A stretch of DNA of 64,000 nucleotides from Candidatus Saccharimonadia bacterium. Its GTDB lineage: Bacteria > Patescibacteriota > Saccharimonadia > UBA4664 > SCTI01. A program made the translations under genes and the position numbers. The stretch is from contig JBKJLI010000003.1 of the NCBI GenBank assembly GCA_046597065.1, positions 2,807 to 66,806 on the forward strand, read 5' to 3'. Below the pieces are notes generated by a model. It worked only from the letters and a program-made list of their open reading frames with translations, made no database searches and was not told where the DNA came from. This document shows positions 1-11,851 of this stretch, piece by piece. Each line of letters starts with the position of its first letter. Positions within the stretch are counted from its first letter, which is position 1.

Positions 1-304
1 CAACCGGTGCTTCCCCTACTGGTGCCGGAACCGGTTCTGGTAAAGGCGCCTCAGTTGCAACCGGCTGAGTCTCTAGAGTTTCATTAATCAGCGGCTCAAG
101 CTCGGGAGTGGCAACCGGGGTTACGGGCAATGGGATGGGCGCACCCGATACAATCTGAGCCGCGCCTCCCGGGTCGGTCGATAATAAGTTCATTGAAGGG
201 TTTACCGAAGATTGGTTTTGAACGCCAGAATCCCCACCTAAATCACCAAGATTAGGCGCGGAAACATTTGATCCTACTGCAGCATTGGGGTTGGAAGGAT
301 CCAC
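1..304 (-). CDS. Partial CDS (N-terminal part, runs off the left window edge): Pro/Val/Ala-rich low-complexity hypothetical protein
   Basis: Minus-strand frame starting at GTG (~302-304) behind an AAGGG RBS-like tract stays open for ~100 codons to position 1. It translates to VDPSNPNAAVGSNVSAPNLGDLGG...PLPEPVPAPVGEAPV. There is no in-window stop, so it is absent from the ORF track. Confidence 0.3.
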   Translation of the reverse strand, partial: MDPSNPNAAVGSNVSAPNLGDLGGDSGVQNQSSVNPSMNLLSTDPGGAAQIVSGAPIPLPVTPVATPELEPLINETLETQPVATEAPLPEPVPAPVGEAPV

Positions 305-413
305 AAATACCCTTTTTTATCTGTTGGTTTGCGTCTTTTTATACACTCCGACGTGCTTACAATTTTACCGGTTATGCTTACCTGGCGCAACCCGTTAATT
401 CATTAACTTTTTA

Positions 414-679
414 TTAAACGTTGGCGAAAAGAGTGATTATGTTTTTAGAAACTTTAATAAATCCGGTGTTAATTTCGATATCAACCGTTTCGTAGCCGGT
501 ATTTACCTTTACGATCCCCTTTGGCAGCAGCGAAAAAAAGTTGCTGTGATCAACCAACACATCAAAACTACCGGTTTTGTTAACGCCCGACACGCTAACC
601 GCCGCCCCCTGATAAAAAACTTGGTAGGGCGAAAACACCTTAACGTTTAATTTAGCTTTAACATTGGCGGTGGTTGCCA

Positions 680-680
<1 letters not shown>
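414..680 (-). CDS. atpC: F1Fo ATP synthase epsilon subunit
   Basis: 88-aa beta-sandwich-like protein immediately downstream of atpD and overlapping it at 680. Operon position is typical of atpC. Confidence 0.7.
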
Positions 681-2938
<2,258 letters not shown>

Positions 2939-2942
<4 letters not shown>

Positions 2943-4363
2943 GCCCGCACCTGCACGGCCGAGGCTGCCAGAAGTTGTTGAACCACTGGGTTGGGATCGG
3001 CGTTTTCGGCGAGTTGGGCCGATTTTTCGGCCGCCTGCTTTTTAAGCATAGGGATATTAAGTGATGCCCGCCCCTCGCCGGCCATTACCGTTGCCAGCAT
3101 TAAGTACTGCGTATTTAGGTCGTATAACTCGCTTGGTGGTTGTTTATAAATATCATATATGGCTTTACCCAATGCCAAATCAGCCTGAGTTTGGGGCGCA
3201 AGCTCTGATCCGAACTGCGAAAACTCTGAGGCCTGGCGAAAATCGGCCAACTTTTTAAACAGCAGCCCAGATAGTATCTTCCACTGGTTGTGCTGCACTC
3301 GGCCACCCACACGCGAAACGCTTAGGCCCACGTTTACAGCTGGTCTAATCCCGCGCCTAAAGCTATTTTGGTCGAATATAATCTGCCCGTCGGTGATACT
3401 CATTACGCTAGTGGGCAAGTAAGCGGTAATGTCATCGTTTGGTGTTAGTACCACTGGTAGCGCCGTTAAGGTGCCACCACTGCTGGCCAGTTTGCCGGCT
3501 CGTTCAAGTAGCGAAGAGTGGGCATAAAACATGTCGCCGGGGTAAGAGTCGCGACCGGGGCTAACTTCGGCCAGTAGGCTAAGTTCGCGATGGGCCTTGG
3601 CGTGATTGCTTAAATCGTCATAAATCATAATGACGTTTTTGCCGTCCCGCCAAAAGTGCTCACCAATTGCGCAGGCCACATACGGCGCCAAAAATGACAG
3701 GCTTAGGGCTTCAAAGGTACTGGCTACCACCATAATGGTGTTTTTCATGGCGCCGGTAGCCCTAAAGCTGGCCACCAGCGTATCAATATCCACCTGCCGC
3801 TTAGCAATTAGTACGTAAACCACAATCTGGCCGGCATTGGTTTGGTAGGTGGTTAGCTGGCGTAAAAAAGTACTTTTACCGGTTTTATTGTCTCCCAATA
3901 TGGCCAAGCGCTGCCCCAATACAAACGGAAACAGCGAATCTACAATCGACACACCAGTAACCAGTTGGTCGCTTAACATGTCGCGCTCAATAATTCCTGG
4001 TGCCGGAGCAAACACATCGTTATAGCCACTGATCGCAACCGGACCCTCCCCATCAAGCGGTTCACCCAGCACATTAATAATTCGCCCAACCAAGCCCTCG
4101 CCTACTCCGGTTTGGTAAACCTGCTGGTCTAAAACCGCCAGCATTCCCAATCGCAACCGGTTGGTTGAAAGTGCTAAGACTTCGACCAGCTGGTCACTAA
4201 CCGCCCGCACTAATCCTTGATCGCCATTTTCAAAACGGACTAGCGAGTTAATGCTCACGCCCTCTAGCCCGCGAACCTTAATTAAAAGTGAGTTGGTGCT
4301 TACAACCTCGCCGCTGGGACGGCCGTCGGCGATTAACTTGCTAAAAGCTTGGTTATCAAACAC
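2939..4363 (-). CDS. atpA: F1Fo ATP synthase alpha subunit
   Basis: 474 aa with P-loop GDNKTGKST and alpha-subunit conserved blocks (IYDDLSNHA..., ITDGQI). Confidence 0.95.
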
Positions 4364-4820
4364 GTTCTAGCACCCGCGTAAACCGCACCGGTTCTTTTAG
4401 TAACCTGGTTCGAAACGACCAGTCAAACACCTTGTTGGTGGTACGCATAATCATACCGCCACCAATATCGGGGCTAACTAAAAACTCCACCATCACTTCG
4501 GGGGAGGTGTTCTTTCTGAGCCAGCTAACCAGCTCCCGCTTCATGGTGTGGGGTGCTGTTGCCGCTAAGGTAAGACTAACGCTGGGGGCAGCCGCCAGGT
4601 GATGCTCCATCTCGCTCACCAGCGCATTAACAACATCGGCCCGGCTGCTATCGGCTCCCTTAATTTCTACAAACAGGTCGGTCGACTCAACCGAAAGCTC
4701 TGGTACAACTGCATTTGAACCGCGCTGGCGCTGATCAAGCGCGTCGGCATAGGCCTTTAACTCATCAATGCAAAAGCGCAGGTGATCTGGCGAATAGATG
4801 CTACTTGGAAGCAGTGCCAC
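4356..4820 (-). CDS. atpH: F1Fo ATP synthase delta (OSCP) subunit
   Basis: 154 aa between atpF and atpA. Helical N-terminus, conserved C-terminal region, operon position. Confidence 0.7.
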   Translation of the reverse strand: MALLPSSIYSPDHLRFCIDELKAYADALDQRQRGSNAVVPELSVESTDLFVEIKGADSSRADVVNALVSEMEHHLAAAPSVSLTLAATAPHTMKRELVSWLRKNTSPEVMVEFLVSPDIGGGMIMRTTNKVFDWSFRTRLLKEPVRFTRVLERV

Positions 4821-5427
4821 TTGTAATCTCTCGCTTTAACTCATCACGATGGCGCTCTAAGTTGGCCAGTAAGTAGCTGCGCTGCGCACCTAAATCGGCA
4901 TCTATACCCAAACTCTCTACAATATAGGCGGCCACGGCGGCACCCAACTTTTTATCAAGCTGGTCCATTAAATACTGCCGACGCTTAACCATTTCGGCGT
5001 CCATATCGCCCTCTAGCTCGGTCTGCTTTTGCTCGACGGTGGATTCCATTTTGCGCAACGCCGCTATGGCCTGTTCGCGAGCATTAGCTAAACTAACCCG
5101 GTAATCTTCAAGCTCACGCTCTACCACATCGGTGGTTAAGTTAACTATCAGTTTGTTTAATTGAGTCGAAGTTGTCGCCAAATCTTGGTGAAAACCTTTG
5201 GCGGCTGCAGCAACGGCTTGGCGGTAGGCCTCTTGAGTGCTAGTTTGCAGGCGCGCCAGTTCGGCTTCGGTAATATGAGGTATTTCTGGCAGCGGCGCCT
5301 GCTGCTGAACAGCCTCGGCCTTATCTTGTTCAACAACTTCAGTTGGCCGCCGGCTAAGCATCAGTGCCAGTAGGATTGCTCCAACGAGCACCCCTCCGAC
5401 TACCAAAATAATTTGAATGGTTGTCAT
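4801..5427 (-). CDS. atpF: F1Fo ATP synthase b subunit
   Basis: N-terminal single TM helix (IQIILVVGGVLVGAILLALML) followed by a long charged coiled coil. Operon position. Confidence 0.65.
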   Translation of the reverse strand: MTTIQIILVVGGVLVGAILLALMLSRRPTEVVEQDKAEAVQQQAPLPEIPHITEAELARLQTSTQEAYRQAVAAAAKGFHQDLATTSTQLNKLIVNLTTDVVERELEDYRVSLANAREQAIAALRKMESTVEQKQTELEGDMDAEMVKRRQYLMDQLDKKLGAAVAAYIVESLGIDADLGAQRSYLLANLERHRDELKREITSGTASK

Positions 5428-5433
5428 TTCACC

Positions 5434-6282
5434 CTACCTCGTTAACACCAAAAATGCTGCACTCATGGCCAGCCCTAAAACTAGGATACTTATTGCAATC
5501 ACCTGCCACAGCCCGCGATATATGCTCGACTGCGCCAAGGGATTTCGACCGATTGATACCATCGTACTGCGCACCGCCGAAAACAGCAAAACTCCAACCG
5601 CTATCAAAGAGCCTATCAAAATCACTGCACTCAAAATAATCCGCACCAGCGAAACTTGCTTGCCGGCCAGCTGGTTTGCAAACAGCTGTAAAAACTGCGG
5701 AACATAGGTTTTTTGCACCGGTGCAACGTAGTATGTAACCTGTAAATTGGCGGCCACCGTGCCCAGTTTAGCGGTTTTGGTGCTACCGTCGCTGCTCTTT
5801 ACTTCAACCGTTTTGGAACCATATTTAGCATCAGACTGGGCCGTACCAACCACCTTGCCCGACTCGTTGGCCTTCATCCCAACTCCAGAAATAGGTGAGG
5901 GCGCAATGATATCGCCGGCCTTAACCTCACCATTTAGGTCGCTTACAAAAGCCTCGGCCTGACCGCTGGTTGAAACCTGAAAAAGATCACCAGGGCTGCT
6001 AACTGCTAGGTTTGCTTCGGTAGTACCAACCACTACACCAATTAGTCCGGCCGAGTTACTGGTGTCAGCCAAAATTGCTTTGCCCTTTTCGCCATCTTTT
6101 AAAGCCACCAAGCTACCCGCCGAAAGCGTAGTGTCTGATCGGTAGCCCTGGCTAATAGCCGCCGCTGTTACACTTGGCGACAGTGCAAGCACCAGCACAA
6201 GTAGAGCTAGGCTATTAGCCAGCCTGCGGCCAATACCTTGAGTCATAGTTACCTTCATCTGTTTGTGCGAAATAAGCCTCAC
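5434..6282 (-). CDS. Secreted Gly/Ser/Thr-rich protein with C-terminal two-helix membrane anchor (hypothetical). It occupies the position where atpB/atpE would be expected.
   Basis: Signal-peptide-like N-terminus (RRLANSLALLVLVLALSPSVTAAA), about 180 aa of low-complexity extracellular region, then a C-terminal two-TM hairpin. No a-subunit or c-subunit signature is present. Confidence 0.45.
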   Translation of the reverse strand: MRLISHKQMKVTMTQGIGRRLANSLALLVLVLALSPSVTAAAISQGYRSDTTLSAGSLVALKDGEKGKAILADTSNSAGLIGVVVGTTEANLAVSSPGDLFQVSTSGQAEAFVSDLNGEVKAGDIIAPSPISGVGMKANESGKVVGTAQSDAKYGSKTVEVKSSDGSTKTAKLGTVAANLQVTYYVAPVQKTYVPQFLQLFANQLAGKQVSLVRIILSAVILIGSLIAVGVLLFSAVRSTMVSIGRNPLAQSSIYRGLWQVIAISILVLGLAMSAAFLVLTR

Positions 6283-6343
6283 CTCAAGGTGCGCACTCCT
6301 ATAGTTCTTACGCTAAATTATAACAGCTATATAACGGGAGTGA

Positions 6344-7378
6344 CTAGTCTTTAGTTATAGATTTGGCCGTAGTGGTTGCTAGCGGCCGTTTTTGTCGCCT
6401 GGCCACCTTACGCATATCATCAAAGCGATCAAACTCGTCTGCAATCTCGCGATCAATAATCTCTTCGAGAACGTCCTCAATCGTGACAATCCCCTGAACC
6501 TCGGTAAACTCATCTATCACCACAAATAGGTGATTGCGGGTTTTTAAGAAAGCATTCAAGGTTTCATCCAAATTGTCCTCTAAATTAACAAAGTAAACCT
6601 TAGAACGCGCTAACTGCCCGGCGGTTTTACGCTCAACATTCTGCCCCACCAAATCCTTCATAAACAGCATGCCGGCAATATCGCGCTCGGCGGCATCGCG
6701 ATGAACGGGAATCCTTGAAAACCCAGTCTTTTTTAAGTTGGCCAAAGTAGCCTTATCTAGCCTTTGATCGGCCGAAATTAAGGTGGCCACACTGCGCGGC
6801 GTCATCACCTCTTTAATTTTGCGATCACCAAAGCTAAGCGCTCCACGGGCAATCCGCACCTCGTCTTGATCAATCTCGCTTTCGGCATGAAAACGGTGCT
6901 CCTCGATAATCTTGGTCAGCTCGCGTTTAGAATATACCGTAGGAAGTTCGTCGCCCAGCATGCGATCGAGCATCCACGCAATTGGTGCGCAAACTGGATA
7001 AAAAATCCACATTATTACTTGCACAACATCGGTAAAGCGAGCGCCAATTTGCAGGGCGTAGCGAGCAATAATCGCCTGGGGCAAAATCTCACCAAAAACC
7101 GTAATCAAAGCTGTAGTTAAAATGCCGGCAATAATGCCGTGATAAACCGAGTCCAACACAATTGACAGTGTCGAGATAACTGCCACATTACCGGTTAGTA
7201 AAGTTACCAAAAGTAGGTTGCCGCGAGAACGAATTTGAAACACCTTTTTGGCATTTGCGTCGCCAAGTGCTGCCTTACGCCTAAGTTCAAAGGTGTCTAG
7301 ACTCATTAAGCCCAAATTTAAGCCCGAAAACAACGCCGCCAAAGCGATAAGTGCAATCGAAATAAGCACTAAAAACAT
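6344..7378 (-). CDS. CNNM/CorB-family transporter (DUF21 transmembrane domain + CBS pair), putative Mg2+/Co2+ efflux
   Basis: N-terminal 4-TM DUF21-like region followed by a tandem CBS-like region (EVMTPRS...; IPVHRD...). The acidic C-terminus lacks a CorC_HlyC domain. Confidence 0.7.
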   Translation of the reverse strand: MFLVLISIALIALAALFSGLNLGLMSLDTFELRRKAALGDANAKKVFQIRSRGNLLLVTLLTGNVAVISTLSIVLDSVYHGIIAGILTTALITVFGEILPQAIIARYALQIGARFTDVVQVIMWIFYPVCAPIAWMLDRMLGDELPTVYSKRELTKIIEEHRFHAESEIDQDEVRIARGALSFGDRKIKEVMTPRSVATLISADQRLDKATLANLKKTGFSRIPVHRDAAERDIAGMLFMKDLVGQNVERKTAGQLARSKVYFVNLEDNLDETLNAFLKTRNHLFVVIDEFTEVQGIVTIEDVLEEIIDREIADEFDRFDDMRKVARRQKRPLATTTAKSITKD

Positions 7379-7401
7379 AGCGCTATTGTATCAGGCCGTC
7401 A

Positions 7402-8133
7402 TTAGCCAAGTGCTCGCGAAACCGCGTAAACACTTGCCGCACCTACAACCGTTAAACCAAAAATTGGCCACGACCAACGTTCACGATGAGCCTCTGGCAA
7501 CACGCTGCTGGTACCGATATAAAGCAGAAATCCGCCCAGCAAACCAATCGCAATTGCCAGTTCTGACTGATTAAAGTTAACCAAAGTTCCAACTAGCGCA
7601 CCAACTACCGGAGCGATTGCGCCGGCCAGAAGCATGACAATTGTACGCCGTGTTTGATTGCCATGTGCCAGCATAAGGCTGACCGTATTTAAACCATCCG
7701 AAAAATCGTGCGCCACTACTGCCAGAGCCACCGCCAACCCCACCGCCGCGCTGGCCTGAAAACCAACACCGATGGCCACACCATCTAAAAACGAGTGCGC
7801 AATTAGCCCAGTCGCCGCTGCCACGCCTACTATTGGCACAGGGTGGTGGTGGTCATCTTCGGCCTCATGGGCGTGATGGGCCGAGACCGATTTTTCGAAA
7901 GCATGAAACACTAAAAAGCCGGCCAGTAATGCAACCATTGGAGCGGTTAAGGTTTGGCCACTCTCACCGGTAATGCTCACTAATTCCGGAATAATATCAA
8001 ACGCCACTACCCCAAGTACTACCCCAGCCGTTAGCCCCAAAATCTGTCGCAAATACCTACGGTAACGCAGGGCAAACAGGCCTCCGGCGAGGGTTGAAAT
8101 AAAGGCCAGCAAACCGGCAATAACGGCGTTCAT
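7402..8133 (-). CDS. ZIP-family divalent metal (Zn2+/Fe2+) permease, ZupT-like
   Basis: 243 aa with 8 TM. His-rich loop (HHAHEAEDDHHH) and metal-binding motifs HSFLDG and AHDFSDG are typical of the ZIP family. Confidence 0.8.
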   Translation of the reverse strand: MNAVIAGLLAFISTLAGGLFALRYRRYLRQILGLTAGVVLGVVAFDIIPELVSITGESGQTLTAPMVALLAGFLVFHAFEKSVSAHHAHEAEDDHHHPVPIVGVAAATGLIAHSFLDGVAIGVGFQASAAVGLAVALAVVAHDFSDGLNTVSLMLAHGNQTRRTIVMLLAGAIAPVVGALVGTLVNFNQSELAIAIGLLGGFLLYIGTSSVLPEAHRERWSWPIFGLTVVGAASVYAVSRALG

Positions 8134-8184
8134 AATCTGTTATTTATACGCCCGATTTACTTTTGCTGCAACCGTGGCGTTAAG

Positions 8185-8742
8185 TTAAGGCAGATCAATC
8201 TGCGTATGTTGATCAACCCCTCTTAAGGTATCTAAAAAGACAAAGCTAAACCGTTTTTCGTTTGCAGGCACCAAGTAGCTCAGCTGCCCCGAAACCGTCT
8301 GTCCGCTTTTAATCGGTCCGGCGTTTATTGGGTTAGGAATTTCCGCTGGCGACATTTGAAATATCTTGCCACTAGATCCTTGAACAAAAGTTTGATTAAC
8401 CGGTGCGAAGTCATAGGTATATCTTGAATGGTTAACCAGCTCTAAATCTACCACCAAAAACTTATAACCATCTGGTGGGGCCAACGGCCCATGACCGGTA
8501 GTTAGTTCGGTAGAATTTTTGATGAGCCAATCTATCGGTGCCGGCTGCACCGAAACCGTTGCCGCCGGTGCTTGAACCCTTCCACCTGCCAGTCTTAGTG
8601 CCAACAAGCCAACCATCGCACCCGAAATTAGCCATAAAACTACTAGCGTCCAACTAACCCCTTTATGAATATGGCGATGACTGCGCGGGCTTCGTGCCCC
8701 AACCTTTTTGATTTTGTGCTGTGGCTCTTTAGGGTGTTTCAT
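8185..8742 (-). CDS. Membrane-anchored DUF4352-like beta-sandwich protein (hypothetical)
   Basis: N-terminal basic tail plus a single TM, then about 130 aa extracytoplasmic domain resembling DUF4352 proteins of Gram-positives. Confidence 0.4.
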   Translation of the reverse strand: MKHPKEPQHKIKKVGARSPRSHRHIHKGVSWTLVVLWLISGAMVGLLALRLAGGRVQAPAATVSVQPAPIDWLIKNSTELTTGHGPLAPPDGYKFLVVDLELVNHSRYTYDFAPVNQTFVQGSSGKIFQMSPAEIPNPINAGPIKSGQTVSGQLSYLVPANEKRFSFVFLDTLRGVDQHTQIDLP

Positions 8743-9377
8743 TAGTTTGCCGGCCCTATGTAATAACTGTTCAAAATACTATAGGCGGCTGAGCTATGAG
8801 CGTGCTGCTGGCCGCCAGTAGCCGCCGAGCCGTTAAGGTAGCTTGTAATGTTATGGCCACAAGATGCGCTGTTAAACACGCTTTGACCACCCGGGTGACT
8901 GCCCCCAGTAACATAACTACTAATGTTGTAGTACTTAGATGAATAAATCACCCAGCAGTTTGATTGGGTATTGTGCGTGGCAATTTGGGCGGCCGAACAA
9001 GTGCCGCCGGCCTGGCCGCAGCTTGGCGCCGGCGGTGGAGGGGGTGGCGAAGTTGGGGGTGGTGTTGGCGAAGGTGTTGGAGTCGGCGCTGGTGCCGGTG
9101 AGGGGCTAGTTTTTGTGCCGGAGCTTGGGCTAGTGCCTGGAGGCGTAGTTGGGCTTGGTGTCGGCGCTGGTGCACTAGAGCCTCCGCCGCCGGTTGATCC
9201 CCCAGCTGAACTACCATCGCCAGTTGTAACGCCGTTGACTGGGGTGTTCGCAACCCCCACCGCCCCGAGCAGAGGGCCATTTGCACCTTTGGGCGCTAAC
9301 GCACCAGCGACAATTACCGTTAACATGCTACCGGTAAAACTTATTAAACAAATTGCGACTAGGGTTTTTAACTTCAT
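8742..9377 (-). CDS. Secreted protein with Pro/Thr/Ser-rich linker and C-terminal cytochrome b5-like heme-binding domain
   Basis: Signal peptide followed by a PT-rich linker (SPSPAPAPTPTPSPTPPPTSPPPPPPAP). C-terminus carries HNTQSNCWVIYSSKYYNISSYVTGGSHPGG...CGHN, matching the cyt-b5 pattern H..W.I...VY.I..F...HPGG plus a second His. Confidence 0.6.
   Translation of the reverse strand: MKLKTLVAICLISFTGSMLTVIVAGALAPKGANGPLLGAVGVANTPVNGVTTGDGSSAGGSTGGGGSSAPAPTPSPTTPPGTSPSSGTKTSPSPAPAPTPTPSPTPPPTSPPPPPPAPSCGQAGGTCSAAQIATHNTQSNCWVIYSSKYYNISSYVTGGSHPGGQSVFNSASCGHNITSYLNGSAATGGQQHAHSSAAYSILNSYYIGPAN
8990..9240. repeat. Low-complexity GC-rich tract (GGN/CCN periodic) encoding the Pro/Thr-rich linker of the cyt-b5 protein
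   Basis: Visible runs of ggcg/ggtg/ggag repeats. The overlapping antisense ORFs 8948..9286 and 8971..9495 are artefacts of this tract. Confidence 0.6.
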
Positions 9378-10690
9378 GACATTGCAAACTCTTCTGAATG
9401 AATTTTACTCTTTTTTATTCCCATTTTGGAAATTTGACCCTTCATGGCGGCCATCATTGGTGGCGGTCCGCACAATAATACTTCGGCATTGCTAATGTCA
9501 CCTGAATGCTCGCTAATCTTGGCAGCGTCTAAAAAGCCCACCTCGTCTGCGATGATTGGAATAACTCTCAGCGCACCATTGCTTTTAGTTACCAAACCAG
9601 ATAAGTAGTCCCAATCAATTAATTCAGCCTGGCTCTTTACACTATAGTAAAGGTCGACCTTATAATCACTGCCGACATCGCTAGCCATGCTTAAAAATGG
9701 AGTAATGCCAATGCCTCCGGCAATCCATATTTGGCGCTTTGAATGAAAGTTTTTAAAAGAAAAACGACCGTAAGCGCCCTCTATCATCACCTCTTGCCCA
9801 GCAAGATTGTTGGCAATCGAAACCAGCGTTTTGGTGTAGCTCCCCAGGCTTTTGACGGTTATGGCTAAGCCTTCGGCGTTACTATTTGAAGAGATCGAAA
9901 ACGGATGCCACTCATGCGATAAACCCTCTGAACGGAAGCTTACAAACACAAACTGACCAGCCTTAAAATCAATACGCCGACCTTTAGGTACCATCGTTAA
10001 TGTCACCACTCCCTTGGTTGGTTCGGCCACGTTGGCTACCTCGTAGTTATAGTGGCGTACAAAAAACCGCGGCAATAGTGTGCGGTAAACAAAGGCTGCG
10101 GCTGCAAGAGCCAACATGGCATACAAATATAGTCTTAGCGAAGGATTTGAGTTGGTGTCACTAGAAACCAATGCGATATGAAGCACCATTAACAACAAAA
10201 CCACCCCAAGAAACTTGTGGGTAATTAACCAGATACGATAGGGTAGCGAAATATAGAAAGTCACCACCATTAGGCCAATAAAAATCCAAAGTGCCAGGAT
10301 GCCAAGCGTAGTGGCAAAGTTGGCTACAAAGGGAATCAATAAATCCGAACCAGCACGAAGTGAGGTTGGAGTTAAGCGTAAAGCCAAGGTTATGGGGTGC
10401 ATTAGCAATACACATAAAGCTAACCCACCCAACAAGTGGTGAGCAATATACACCTTATTTAACCCACCAAACAAGTCCTCAAAAACCGGTATACGCGTGG
10501 CCAAAATCATGTTTTGACAAAACAGTACTGCTGCCACAATCCCTGATAATCGCCCAATACTCCCAAGAGCTAAAACAAGATTGCCAAAGCGCTCGCTCAA
10601 CGGGTACATAGTCGCCCACATCACAATTGGAATAAAGGCTGATAAAAATACCAACGGCCAGCCCAACCGCCAACTTCGAACTAAATTCAT
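9374..10690 (-). CDS. NOX/ferric-reductase (FRD) superfamily membrane flavocytochrome (bis-heme TM domain + FAD + NAD(P)H domain)
   Basis: 6 TM region with paired His (HHLLGG...LLMH; THKFLG...VLH), FAD motif HPFSIS, NAD(P)H motifs GGIGITP and CGPPPM. Confidence 0.75.
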   Translation of the reverse strand: MNLVRSWRLGWPLVFLSAFIPIVMWATMYPLSERFGNLVLALGSIGRLSGIVAAVLFCQNMILATRIPVFEDLFGGLNKVYIAHHLLGGLALCVLLMHPITLALRLTPTSLRAGSDLLIPFVANFATTLGILALWIFIGLMVVTFYISLPYRIWLITHKFLGVVLLLMVLHIALVSSDTNSNPSLRLYLYAMLALAAAAFVYRTLLPRFFVRHYNYEVANVAEPTKGVVTLTMVPKGRRIDFKAGQFVFVSFRSEGLSHEWHPFSISSNSNAEGLAITVKSLGSYTKTLVSIANNLAGQEVMIEGAYGRFSFKNFHSKRQIWIAGGIGITPFLSMASDVGSDYKVDLYYSVKSQAELIDWDYLSGLVTKSNGALRVIPIIADEVGFLDAAKISEHSGDISNAEVLLCGPPPMMAAMKGQISKMGIKKSKIHSEEFAMS

Positions 10691-10787
10691 ATACCTATTC
10701 TAGCCACTGCCCCAACCATAAGCAATTCACTGTTTTATCTGATTAATTAGCCTTTGGGCCAGCCAATTCTCAGTTAAAAATGCTATT

Positions 10788-11222
10788 ATGGTGGTTATGC
10801 AACCAGCAGTTCTGCAAGTATACAGCCGCTATATCGCCTTCGCCCAGGCCTCTATTGCCACCGTTGGCAGCCTATTTTTGAGCGAAATCCTTCACCTGCC
10901 GCCCTGCGTTCTGTGTTGGTACCAACGCATCGCTATGTACCCACTAGTCATCATTATGGCTGTTGGTATTTTGCGACGAGACCAAAAAATATACCAATAT
11001 GCTCTGCCGCTTGCTACCATCGGTTGGGTAATCAGCTTTTACCACAGCCTGCTGCAGTGGCACATTATCCCCGACAAGTTGGCGCCCTGCGTTCAGGGAA
11101 TCTCCTGCACCACTGTTCAAGTGCACCTACTCGGGTTCATTACAATTCCGTTTATGGGGCTAACCGCCTTTAGTATTATTATTGCAGCCCTAATAGTTGA
11201 GTGGAGGAGTAGTTCTAAATGA
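10788..11222 (+). CDS. dsbB: Disulfide bond formation protein B (DsbB/BdbC family)
   Basis: 4 TM with CxxC in the first extracytoplasmic loop (PPCVLCWYQRI) and a second Cys pair (APCVQGISCTT). Confidence 0.7.
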   Translation: MVVMQPAVLQVYSRYIAFAQASIATVGSLFLSEILHLPPCVLCWYQRIAMYPLVIIMAVGILRRDQKIYQYALPLATIGWVISFYHSLLQWHIIPDKLAPCVQGISCTTVQVHLLGFITIPFMGLTAFSIIIAALIVEWRSSSK

Positions 11223-11851
11223 GTCGCGAAGCCAAAATTTTAATTGCCATTCTAGTAGTAATTGTAGGAGGCATGATTGCCTTATTCTCGCTTGGCGGCG
11301 GATCTAGCACTCCTACCACCAGCGTTGATCAGTCCAAACTAGTTAAGGCCGATAGCCACAAACAGGGCAGTGGCCCCGTTACATTAGTAGAGTTTGGTGA
11401 CTACCAGTGCCCCAGTTGCGGCGTCGCCTTCCCTACCATTCAGAAGCTGCAAACCGAGTACGATGGCAAAATAACCTTTGTGTTCCGTCACTTCCCCCTT
11501 ACTACAATCCACAAAAATGCCATGATTGGAGCCGAAGCGGCCGAGTCTGCTGGTAGCCAGGGCAAATATTTTGAGATGCATGACAAGTTGTATTCCAACC
11601 AGGCTAAGTGGAGCGAGTTACCCGACCCCACCGATACGCTAGTTAGCTACGCGGCTGAAATAGGCTTAGACATAGACAAGTTCAAAAAAGATCTAAGCGA
11701 GAAAACTCATAAAAGCCGCATTGAAGCCGACCAGGCCGATGGTAATAGCCTGCAAATTCAGGGCACACCCACTATTTACATAAATGGCGAGCAACAAACC
11801 GCCTTCGATTACGCTACGCTTAAAGCCGCTGTCGACAAAGCCCTTAAGTAG
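11219..11851 (+). CDS. DsbA/BdbD-like thiol-disulfide oxidoreductase (thioredoxin fold, membrane-anchored)
   Basis: N-terminal TM anchor, CPSC active site (FGDYQCPSCG) and cis-Pro region (QGTPTIYING). Start codon overlaps the dsbB stop. Confidence 0.75.
   Translation: MSREAKILIAILVVIVGGMIALFSLGGGSSTPTTSVDQSKLVKADSHKQGSGPVTLVEFGDYQCPSCGVAFPTIQKLQTEYDGKITFVFRHFPLTTIHKNAMIGAEAAESAGSQGKYFEMHDKLYSNQAKWSELPDPTDTLVSYAAEIGLDIDKFKKDLSEKTHKSRIEADQADGNSLQIQGTPTIYINGEQQTAFDYATLKAAVDKALK

Noticed and set aside
5434-5700. C-terminal two-helix hairpin of the 282-aa protein as a cryptic ATP synthase c-subunit
   Set aside because: The loop (IGRNPLAQ) superficially resembles ARQPE. TM1 lacks the GxGxGxG packing motif and TM2 lacks the essential Asp/Glu carboxylate, so it is not a functional c-subunit.
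8948-9495. ORFs 8948..9286 (-) and 8971..9495 (+) overlapping the cyt-b5 gene
   Set aside because: Artefacts of the GC-rich periodic tract that encodes the Pro/Thr linker. Only the 8742..9377 frame has signal peptide, linker and folded domain logic.
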